DNA from: Lingula anatina
Lineage: Eukaryota > Animalia > Brachiopoda
Length of the DNA: 64,000 nt
Reading direction: 5' to 3'
Assembly: GCA_051362555.1 (NCBI GenBank)
Contig: CM120649.1
Location: 9,734,001 to 9,798,000 of the forward strand
Under the pieces are notes generated by a model, which saw nothing but the letters and a program-made list of their open reading frames with translations, did not search any database and was not told the DNA's origin. A program made the position numbers and the translations under genes. This document shows, piece after piece, positions 52,846 through 64,000 of the stretch (position 1 is its first letter; every line of letters starts with the position of its first letter).

Positions 52846-54580
52846 GTACTGTCAGCTGATCTTAATGTAGATGCCCCAGATGGACCTTTGTTTTCTGAGA
52901 AGGAAATTATCCCTGAAACATCATTGCCTGCAGATAACGAAGGTGTGTAACATTTTAGATGCAAAGTTATTCCAAGTTTTGCACCAGTTTACATCTTAAT
53001 CTCTGTTGATTTATATATATGCACTGCTGCACTATGGATATTTATATATTTTAACTTTCACAATTACCAGTATAAAAATTGGATTACCCTGTTTGCATTA
53101 TACATACTTACTTAGCAAGAATTAAAATAAAGTTCTAGTGTTTGGAAAAAAAGACACATTTCAGAGCCCACATTTAAAAATCAATATATTAAATAGAAAA
53201 GTGTACTATTATTTGTTTAGGGTAGCATCTATATGTTTTAGGCAATTTCTTGGTTTTAAATTACCAGGATTACCTCATTCTTTATAATAATAAAAGGCTG
53301 GTTATTGTGATTTTTCCCCTGTTCAGCAGGAGAAATTTGAAGATATAACAGAGACATCTTTGCACATGAGTAATGAAGAAATTTGTCATGATGAGGTCTT
53401 ATTGTGAGATTTTGTATTAATTATATAAAAAATAATTATTTTGCAGAGGGACCAGATGCTTGTTTGTCAGGGAGAACGACACTAGACAAAATGAAAATGA
53501 AGATGGTCAGATAAATGTGAGTACAAGTAATGCTATCATCTTTTCTACAGTTTTTGTGGGGCATTTTTTTTCAAACATGTTGCTCATAATTTGATTATTA
53601 AAATTTCATTATTAACATCTATATTTACTACCTTATGCATACTATCCATACAACCAAGATAGGTAAAAAGGTCTATATAGAACAACTAAATGGATTAAGG
53701 TAAAAAATGCATGAGCTTTTGGCTTCAAGTCTATGTTGCACTGTGTTATTTTCTTCACAAAGGTAATATGTTTCTTGCAACATTAATTAACATGATAAAA
53801 GGTTCTTTTTAAAAAAGTGTTTATGCTCCCATGATTTGGTATTTTATAAAAGGAATTAATTTGTATTGATATAGTTTACAGGATTATTTTACAAGACATT
53901 GTGACAATATACAGGAGGAGGAGCATGATGCTGACCCAAGGGTAAGCTGTCATTGTTACTTGAGGAGAAGTGTAGAGGCAGGACAATGGAGTTTCATTTT
54001 CATTTTTAGAGTACATTTGGTGCCATACTTTAGTTAAAATTTAATGAGGCTTTAAAAATCTGAATTGCAGAAAAAGTAAAAATTCCAGAGACTTCACAAT
54101 CAAGACACTACATGCCTATGCATGTGTTGACAAAATGAATATATTATGGTACATTTTCAATATCAATAATTTTTATTTTATTAAAAGTTCTGTGTTGTGG
54201 ATCATTTTGTTTTTAGTTTAATAACCAGGTAATTCAATTACATAAATATGTGCAGAGTTTGTTGTGAAAATGTGTGACCTTGAGATTTTGTATCTGGCAA
54301 GTCAGACTCTAAAATGGGGGATAATTCATATATTAATTAATATATTAATTTCTTTTCGGGGATGGAACATTGGAGATGGCAATGACCCACTGTATACAGG
54401 TGCTATCTTGAGCAAAGCACAGGGTCTTTTGTTGATTGTGGCCTTCATACTTTGACATAATCTGACAGATGCAGCATTGAATGACATTTTAAGCATCCTG
54501 GGGGTACCTGTAATTCTGCCCAATGCATTTCCTGATACAAAGTATAAATTCTACAAAGCTTTTGTAATGATAAGACCCAG
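52846..54580 (+). pseudogene. Putative upstream exons of the EnSpm/CACTA transposase gene
   Basis: AG/GT-bounded acidic segments at about 52846-52942, 53326-53395, 53448-53516 and 53882-53941. Segment 54360-54580 reads DPLYTGAILSKAQGLLLIVAFIL*HNLTDAALNDIL...TKYKFYKAF, typical of the N-terminal region of animal EnSpm transposases. Confidence 0.55.
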
Positions 54581-55131
54581 GTATATGTTTTATTTATATG
54601 GGGTATTGACTTGGTAAAAGGGGTTAAATATAAGAAGCATATCTTTTTCAAAATGTCAGGGAAATCCTATTTATCAAGGACATTTTTGCCTCACCCATCT
54701 AGTTTTGGACATTTTCAGCTGCAAAATAAAAATGTTTAACCGGCATTATTGCATTTTTGTATAATTACTTGATGCATGTGAACTATAAGATGTGCAAGTT
54801 ACATCACAATACAAGATATGAAAAATAGGTCACATCTTTAGAGGTCTTACAGTAATCAAAGGTTAAAAAGTAACAAACTGTATCCTTTTTCTAGTGCTTT
54901 ATATCATTTTAAAAGTCGGGCAAAATTATCTATTTAAACTGCTGCTGTATATGTATCTGCAACCTCTACATACAAAATGACTTATTCCCCCACCTTTCTA
55001 TTACAATGAAAACATTTGAATATATCTATGTATATATTATGTAAAATAAACCAATAACACTAGTGTCCTTTAGTCTCTTTTATCTTGTAAATGAAAATGA
55101 ACTTATACAGTTTATATTATTTGATTTTTAG

Positions 55132-57110
55132 GTCCACTTTTATTGCCCATTATGTACCTCCTACTTAGGTAGATCTGTGGGCCATGCGAAGCAGCATTTG
55201 ATGGGGAGCAAGCAATCAAGGATGGGACATTCTTCTGATATATCCCCATAAAGGAACAGTTGTTGGACATTTTACGAAATGATAAACTGAGTCATCATTT
55301 GACCAACAGCTATGTAGAGAAATTGTAGGCTGCCAATGCCATTTCAGATATAACAAATTCATATCTTTACAAAAGTTTAATCCGAAAACATAATCCACTG
55401 GGAATGACTTAACACTTACACTGAACAGTGATGGCATCCCAATCTTTAAGTCATCTGGGTACCAAATTTGGCCAATGCAGTGTTTTGTAAATGAACTTCC
55501 CCACATCTTCATTCTGAGAATATACTATTAACTGGGCTTTGGTTCAGACATAGCAAGCCAAGAAACATGAATACATTTTTGAGGCCTTTTATCGATGAAT
55601 GTATTCATCTTGAAGAAAATGCATTCAGTTTTCAAGGGGTTCAAAGCAGAGTTTTTCCACAAATCTGCTGCACAGACAGCCCTGCATGGGCTTTGATCAG
55701 TAACTGTTAACAGTACAATGGGCAATTTGGGTGTGACTGGTGTGAGTACCAAGGTGAAACAGTTGCTAGAGAGAGAGATCCTCCAACAAGGTATTATCCA
55801 TACAGGGAGGTGCCAGTGAGGACTGATACCAAACAAGGGGAGAAGCAAGCAGAAGAAGCAAATGAAGCTGTGAAAGGTTTAAAGGGCCTTTCAGTGATTC
55901 AGCAGCTGCCAACATTTGATGTTGTAAATGGGATGACTCCAGAATACATGCATGGTGTGTGCCAGGGAGTAATGTGGCAGTTGACATCACTATGGTTAGA
56001 TCCACCCAATCACGAGGAGCCATATTTTGTGGGAAGAAGCAGTGCTGCCATTGATAATAGGCTATTGAGCATCAGTCCCCCATAAGAGATTTTCCGGTCA
56101 CCACACTCAATCAAAGAAAGTTAGTTCTGGAAGTCATCAGAATGGAGGTCATTACTAATGTACGGCCTTGTTGTTTTTTACGGTACCTTGCCTACAGTAT
56201 ACCATCAACATTTTTTTTCTCATTTATGGTGTGTACTGTTTGTTAGGTGAGAGCATCACACCTACTACTATAGCAGTGGCAGATGCCTGCTTAGTCAAGT
56301 TTGTTCTTCAAATGGAGGAGCTGTATGGGCTCTCCGCATGCACATTCAATGTGCACCAGTTAACGCACTTGGCACATGGAGTGAAGATGTGTGGACCATT
56401 TTGTGCAACTTCAGCCTTTACTTTTGAAAGTAAAAACCACGATCTCTTGAAATTATTTGCAGGAACTCAGTGTGTGCCACAGCAGATTTGTTCAACCTTT
56501 AATTTGATCAGGATATTACCAGTTTTGGCCAGGAAATGTGTGACAGAAGACCTTGATTTTGATGTAATTAGTGTGTTTAATGAGCTTACTAACAGTTCAC
56601 CTTCTATAAAGAGTAAAAAGATTTTGGACGAGGGGCGTTTTTTCCATTGGGAAAGGGAAGAAAACAGCATTGACTATTACAGAGAATATTTCTATTATGA
56701 AATTATTGAATTTTGATTTAAACCACCTCTCCGCAATCATTTACTATAAATTTTGTATAAATAATGTTTTGTTCTCAAGCATTCAGTATACATGTGCAGT
56801 GAGGCATGACAACTCATGTGTTGAGTTTATAGGTGGCAAGTATGGAAGAGTTGTTGGACTTTATGTGGTTAAACCACATTGTTATTGTAAGACTGATGAG
56901 CTCCAATATTGCCAATGTGCTGTACACTATGTTGTTTTGTTAAAAGAACTTGAATGTGTTAAGTGGGATCTCTTCAGAGATGTGGAACTGGGTGCAGTGT
57001 CAGCATTTTTGCCAAAAGTCAGTGAGTCAAACCGAATATTGGCTGTTTCATCTGTAAACATTATAAAAATGCATTTGCTTGAAGCTGAGACACAGATTAT
57101 TTTTATGTGA
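55132..57110 (+). pseudogene. EnSpm/CACTA (Transposase_21/Tnp2-like) transposase, main exon, multiply disrupted
   Basis: VHFYCPLC, LTLNSDGIPIFKSSGYQIWPMQCFVNELP, LTGLWF, QYNGQFGCDWC, PEYMHGVCQGV, WKSSEWR, FNVHQLTHL...GP..ATSAFTFESKN, spread over several frames with stops. Confidence 0.88.
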
Positions 57111-58249
57111 GTTACCTTGCAGGTTTTATGATAACTAGCTCTAGTGCACATATGCACATTTTCTATTAGATGACATTATTTTGTTTTGCTGTGCAGATGA
57201 CTTTTTACAGTAGTATTTATTTATGTATCTCCATGCTGGATTCATTGATATTTTAATATCAAGTAATTAAAATTACTTAAATTGTATTGTTATTTTAAAA
57301 ATAATATTGTTCTAATGTGTATGCGATATTTCAGTTGGTGATTCATAGTTGTTTTAACTTCACTTTAATTTCCCTCTGAAAAGCCTTGACAAGTAATTGA
57401 AGCTCTGCACAGTGTCTTGAGAAATGTTCGAATTTGAAATAAACCATGAGAAGGGCTTGGTTTTCATCATGTTAGCCCCTGAAAACTACTTGAATTTGAT
57501 CGTCAAGCAATTTTTGGAAAATTATTTCAAGTCTTGTAATATTTACCTGAAAGTGGACAATAAAACTGGCAGACACATTTTGGACAACATTTGAGATTGC
57601 TTTCATGTTTGGACTTTTATGTGTTGAAACACAGAGTTTTTGTGAAATATTACTCTCTTGCTGATGGATATCTTGTGTATATAGTTGTAATTGCCTATTT
57701 ACTTACATGGATGTTTTCTTATTTTGAGTTTTGTGTCTGTTTGAAACTGTTCACTAAAAATGTTTATTTTCTGTTAATGCTGTGCTTACATAAATTAAAA
57801 TACCACAGTTGAATGAATGATATTAACAACTCCAATGAACTTTGAACAATAAAAAAGAATAATATGAAAGGTTTTTCATTTTTGTAGGAAATGTAGAAAC
57901 TGATAGATATGTAAAAAAAAAAAAAAACATGCATTTCAAAATGCATCAGTAATCAAAATTCTAATATTTTAGATTACAGTTTCCCCAGTTATTACTCCAA
58001 TTTTTAACAACTTCATTCAACTTTTTAATGGACATGTACCTACACTTTACAAATTTAGGAGCATTTTAACTGACACTTGAACCACTTGCATCTGTTAGAT
58101 AATGAAAAAGTATAAAGAAAAAATAAAGCAAAACATATATAATACAAGTATCTAGAGAGTATACACACACACACACACACACACACAAAATAGAATATGT
58201 AATATATGAGCACAAGGATCTTGAGAATATATGTTGTTTTGATATTTTT

Positions 58250-58406
58250 TTTCCTATAGGGCTACCTACAAAATTTCCCATAGGATCTTAAAGGAATTCC
58301 TAAAGGAAACCCTATAGAAAAGATTTCCTATAGGATCCTATAGAATTCCTATAGGAAACCCTATAGAGAAGCTTTCCTATGGGATCACAAAGATTTTTGT
58401 CATATG
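58250..58406. repeat. Subterminal repeats and probable right end of the EnSpm element
   Basis: About 10 direct and inverted copies of (tt)cctatagg(aa)-like motifs 1.1 kb downstream of the transposase, ending in gatttttgtcatatg. Confidence 0.6.
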
Positions 58407-61400
58407 ACCACTGATTTGGTTAAAAGAGACATTGTTTGAGATTTTGCCTCAAGGAAGAAACTCTGTGGTTTCATAACTAACTCGTGAAAGTTCTTTTTAA
58501 AGGCATCTTGCCTGATATTATCAAGGGTTTCTGGATTAAGAATTTAGTGTAGATTTTTTTATTGAAAAAATCATGAATCTTAGATTGGGTAAGAAAGGCT
58601 ATAAAAGTGGAGAAATGCCGTGGCTCCAGGAGTAAAGTGAAAAGTTCTTTCACAGGACTGGCAATAATGTGTTTGGTTCTAATAAAGTAAGAATAAATGG
58701 CACACTTATGATTGTTTATTATATAATTACATTATAAAAAGCCTCTTTGAGTTTTATTTTGTGTTATTTTTCTATTCACATCATATTATTTAGTTTGTTT
58801 ATCATTCATGGGCTATTTGCGTGCTAAAAGGTGTATATATGGTCCACTTTCCCCTACCTCTTCCTGCCAAAAAGTTCAAATTCCTTTCCAGATACAAAAT
58901 ATAACCTTTTCAAACATTTTTTATTGAAGAAAAGACTGCATTTTCCCTCGGTTCGTTCTCACTTAAATGTAATGCTTCTTGCGGGGATTGGATAATGTAT
59001 TGATTAAACAGAAAAACACACGGTATAAACTTTTATTATTTATTCCATTAAAACATTTTGTGCAGGTTGGGTTTGTATTTTGAATGTTTTTTGATAATGC
59101 AACAAATGTCCAGTAAATATCCTCATAATATAAATTTTTCAAGATGCCCAAGTCCTCTATATAGGTGTTACTTCCCACTCTTGTGGGAGTAGTTTTCCTG
59201 GAATAGTCTGTAAAGTGAACGCTTTGCCTGCCCAAACCTTTGCCTTTAGCTTTCCGAAAAATATTGTAAATGATATTTTAATATTTATTTAATATTTATT
59301 TTTTATTTAAAAATGACTAATTTTGCTTTGGATAACAGTTCATTTAAATGCTAATCAAATACGAAAAAACAATGGCAACCTTATGGTATATTAGTATTTT
59401 TCAAACTATGTACTTTAAGCCATCAAAGTGCTTAAAACAATAATTTTTCAAGGTTTAAAAAGGGTCCGGTAATATTCCTTTTTTATTTCTACATAAGTCT
59501 GTACAGTTCGTTTGCTTGTTTGAGAACATCCCCCACTATCTATCACTTTCGTATGTAGGAACTTTCAATGGCATCTGGCAAAAAGATGAAGAGAGTTCAT
59601 TCTTTGAGTGTACTAGTATGTACAAGTTTTCATTTAGGAAATATGAATAATGAAATAACTACTAGTACATGTAATGATGAAAACATGCATTCATGATTAC
59701 TGCTGAGCAATTTGAATAGGCCTTTTACTGTAGGAAAAGTAAACTTTGACAAGGTTTAAAAAGGTTCATGTAATACATACCTCATTCCCTTCTTTCTTAA
59801 TTTGGTCCACCCTGTTTGCTTGTTTAAAGCATCTTGATGCTTCTCAGACATGTAGTAGACCTGTCTTTTTATATCGTCTGGTCAAGAAATAAACAGAGAA
59901 AAGAAATAAACGAAAATATGAATGCTGAAATAACTGCATGTAAATATGAAGATAATCGTGATTATTGCTACACGACTTGAGTGAACCTAGTCAGAGTGTT
60001 TACATAAAAACAAATTCAAAGACTTCTGAGGCTCTAATCAAGGACTTTTAATGGTTGTTTGTTCCCTTTAAATTGCTTGATTCAAATGTTACATACGGCC
60101 TACCTGATGTTTTTCTCATTCTCTTCATCCTTATCAGTTTAATAATCCCAGCAGTAATAATCCCACATCGTTGAGTTTGGCACTTACATTTTTGGACTTT
60201 TGACTTGCTACAGTCAATATCAATATTATTATTATTATTATTATTATTAACTTGCTTCAATCATTGCAAATCACTGAACATAATAAAGTTAGTGACTGGA
60301 GATTCTCTAACCTTTTTATGTCAAGGAGAGCGTGTTTTTCTCTAGAGAAATCACTGCAAATCCCAACATTACCAAAAACAACTAAGTTAGTGACATGAGA
60401 TCCTCTAGCCTTTTTTGTCGAGGAGAGCGCGCTTTTCTCTTTCGAAATGATCCTTTGGCCTGCCAAACTGTGACCTTCAACACTTTTTTCACTTGCTGCA
60501 ACCAACGCATACATCCTGACATAACTGAGACAGCGACGATAGCTACTGTTAAATGTCAAGCTTTTTTCTTGGTGAAAAAGTCCTCTATGCAAATATGGAG
60601 ATGTGACTGCTGACATTTATATTTTTGACTTGTTGTATTGAAATCCTGACAATGTTGGAAATAGAAATGTCGACGTAGAAATGTCGTCGTTTCAAGCGTC
60701 ACAATTACATTGTACATGAGATGAAATGCGGCGATGTGAACACTTCTTTCACTGCATTAAATGCTATTGTTCATTTCTTTTCAGAATACAACTAACTTTA
60801 AGGTTCGACAGGCATTGGCGGCGACAAGTGGAAAATGTATTGTCTCTTTCATTGATTTTTCGTTACTTAAAATGTTCAAATCAAGGAAATATCTTGGAAG
60901 GTCCATCTTTTTACATTATTGTCGGTTCATGGAAAGCGCTGCTCTTCTAACAAGGTTTTAAGTTGACAAATTGAATACCTTAAGCAAAGTGTAAAACATT
61001 GCATTATGCAAACAATTTGCAAAAATATGGGCTTGTTAGCATACCGCGCTTATTGTAAGATACGGAATAGTATGTTTATATACAAAAGTTCACCATATCG
61101 ATAGAAAATAAAATATAAATGCAATCTTTCCGGGTATCAAAAGTTGGGGTATAAGGTGGTCTTTGGCACTGTAAGAGGTGATAGTTGAACTTTTGAAAGT
61201 CAATGAAAATGATGGTTTTTCCGAGAGGTTAAAAAAGGTGACCTTTTACAAAATGAAAAGCGAAAGAAGACCTTTTCGTCAGGGTCATCTTTCGCTAACA
61301 TTTTGTAAGTAAATAAAAGGCGATAAACCCAATATAGAGGTGCATTACTCATGATGAAGTGTCAAAAATCAAAATGGAAGTAATTCAAAGTTGCATTTAT

Positions 61401-62497
61401 TTTTAACATGTGTATAGAACAGAAATCCACAACTGTCTCAATTTAAATTCAAATTTTGATTTTTACCACGTCTTTACATTGCGCAAAGAGCCCTAAATGG
61501 TTACAAATATTCCGGGTCATTTAACTTTAATTTTATACCGCGTTCGGATATATTTTGTAGAGTTTCAATCATGGTAAATTATACATGACGTAAGGATGTT
61601 TCATAAATATTTAAACTGTAACGCAGGGGCTTTGCATCATGGCTAATACATGTACTAGGTAACGTATGTTCCCCAGAAAAATTGTTAGAAAGTTTCATTT
61701 TGTTCACGTAAAAGAATAAATAAAATAATTGGTCTTGAGCATATTTTGGGAACCACTTGACCAATCTTATTTTCAATGTAAATGACAATGTAAATAGTCA
61801 ATGTAAATGGCAAAGCGTATCTTTTTCGTCACCATCGTTAAATTATCGTCGTTCAAATGCACTTGTTACGATTGATGCATTTTTAATCCTTTATCAAATG
61901 TGTATGTGCATCTACATGTAGATTAAACGCTGCAAATATTATACTTGGCGGTTGCACACAGTGTCTGGGTGTCTTCATACATTTTCTTGCTAGCAGGATC
62001 TTAAATGTCAATAGTGCATTTAAGTCTAGTAAAATCTGTGTTTGACCTATGGTCGTGAAATAAAATATTATTGATTGGTTACTTTCACCCTGAGATGATC
62101 TAAATAATCATTCATCGTGCGAGAATTTGTGAACGTTGTGGTCATAACGGCGAGAGGGGGACTAATATTTGTGTGTGTTATGAACGTGGCGAGTGGATGT
62201 GAGTGTGTGTAGTGGGCAGGGAGAGGTGGTCACGTAAAGGGAAATAATGATGTTGTAATTGCTTTGATATGTAAGACACAAGTCAATTCTTTTTCATGGC
62301 AATTTTGTAAAGATACAAGACCCGCTTAAAGTGTCTTCTTTGTTTCTTTGTGGGTATTCCACAAAATATGTAAACAGAATCCATTTAGAAATAAGTGCGT
62401 ATTTGCTATTCCAGTGTGAAAACATCCTTTAGTATTTCCAGTGGAATTCTCACATTGTTAACCCGGAAACAAATGTCTGAAATCTAATACACATGTA

Positions 62498-63716
62498 GGG
62501 GAGACCGGGGCTAGTTGGCCCAGTTAGACACTTTTGGCCTTGTAGAGCCAACTAGGAGTGGGTTAGAGTAACAAAACCGGTTTCAGAGTAAGCCCCATGA
62601 ACTAAGCTACGTATGCAACGTCATTATTTTTCAAATATAATGCCAGGTGGCTCAAAATTTGACAAAAAACGCAGTTGACCCCAGGGTCGGGGCAAGTTGG
62701 CCCCCCTATACGAAAATGAAGTATATATCCCATGTAAACGCCTTAAAATACATTTTTATAAATTTTTAATTTATTTAATTGATTTTTGAGAGTCTTTGAT
62801 GAATAAACAGTTCAAATGAGGCAGATTTATTGAGGTTTCCGTACGTCACGTTGTTGGGGGGGGGGGGGGGGTATGTGTTGCAAGAACCAAAATATCTATC
62901 AATAAAATGTGTTTTGTTTTAATTAAGAATAAATAAATAATGGTATAAAGAAGGTTTTTAATGAATGAAAACGAATTATAAATTTTCTTTTTAAAAGAAA
63001 GTAACAAATTCAGTTTTAAACCAATGAGTTTGTTTCAACAATGGTCTCTAGCTAGGGACACTAAATACAAAGGGAATTACCTTACAATGAATTAAGGCAA
63101 AATAAATGTTTTTCTACGGAAAGTCCAATGAATTTGCTTTTTAATACTTACAATCAACAGAATATTTCTGATATAAATTTTCAAAAAGACACCAGAGAGA
63201 AAATTTAAAAAAATCAATCAGACGGTAATAGACACCGGCAAGCTTTGTCAATTTCACCAACTTGTTTATTTCAAACAGCGTTGCGCGCAAAGGTTTGTGG
63301 GTAATATGAGGGTCCAACTTGCCCCGAGTCAAGGGGGCCAACTAGCCCCGGGTGCACATTATTTATTTTAAAGGATGGTAGCCATTTATGGTGCTAGAAT
63401 GAGCAACGATGATACATCTCTGTGAAACTTGAAACAATGAGCTTCAGTTTGATGCCCTATACATATCTTATATTCGATCAAAAGCCTATGAAAATAGATT
63501 TTGAAATCTCTTAAACAAAATTACTTTTAGGTGCAAAAATCGTTTATTTCGACTCACCGCTTAAGTAAAACTTTTTAACGTCCGACACTTCCTTAGCATT
63601 GTAGGCTACGGTCACTTTGCAAGAGTATGTGGCCAATTTTTTTACCTCGTAGTTACTTTTTCATAAATTGACTGGGGGCCAACTTACCCCGGGGTCCAAC
63701 TAGCCCCGGTCTCCCC
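62498..63716. mobile_element. 1.2-kb MITE, Tc1/mariner-pogo-like
   Basis: 21-bp TIR GGGGAGACCGGGGCTAGTTGG / CCAACTAGCCCCGGTCTCCCC with TA on both flanks. Internal copies of the TIR core at about 62685, 63310-63352 and 63674. Confidence 0.85.
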
Positions 63717-64000
63717 TACATGTAGGATGTTATTATACGTTGCACGCAATGTTCGCTACCCAGCTGCAGTACAAGTACACACTCAAAGCACAACTGTTAA
63801 CTACCTTACACGTACAGTGAATCACATAAAGCAATGGAGATATCGCAATTGAACGTTTCCTATGGAGACAAGCTGACGTCGATGTTTTCCACTTTCAGAC
63901 AAAATGTTTATTTACAAGTAAACTGTGGACTAAAATACATGCTGTTATTTAACTAAGGGGTTTGACCACATTTGTCAATTCATGTGCGCTTTTCACTATA

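Noticed and set aside
60257-60616. 119-aa ORF as a host gene
   Set aside because: No recognisable domain or supporting exon structure; overlaps a local duplication.

Overview
Eukaryotic, AT-rich DNA, probably from a marine invertebrate (lophotrochozoan-type transposon repertoire; inference). It consists almost entirely of nested mobile elements, and I see no intact host gene. The dominant feature is a 28-kb head-to-tail array (20444-48514) of a 3737-bp unit. Each unit has a 461-bp long direct repeat with its own TIRs (GGGCAGAAACCAC...GTGGTTTCTGCCC, flanked by TGAA on both sides) and an internal region carrying two convergent genes: a DDD/E transposase (- strand) and a small His-Me finger homing-endonuclease-like gene (+ strand). 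This matches the composite-like KolobokP architecture. All copies are pseudogenised. Diagnostic variants show the six internal direct repeats are recombinants of the two outer ones. The array lies inside a hAT-like TIR pair (20142/50290). That in turn lies in a ~2.1-kb tandem repeat (at least 4 copies) that runs into a degenerate, intron-containing EnSpm/CACTA transposase (about 52.8-57.1 kb) with subterminal repeats at 58.3 kb. Other inserts are: a full-length RTEX-like LINE with a 9-bp TSD whose ORF1 joins an RNase H1-type hybrid-binding domain, a coiled coil and an SGNH esterase; a Tx1-like fragment; a second RTEX-like 3' fragment; a 4.8-kb TA-flanked non-coding element; a palindromic Harbinger-type MITE; and a pogo-like MITE. 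Family names come from motif recognition by eye, not database searches.
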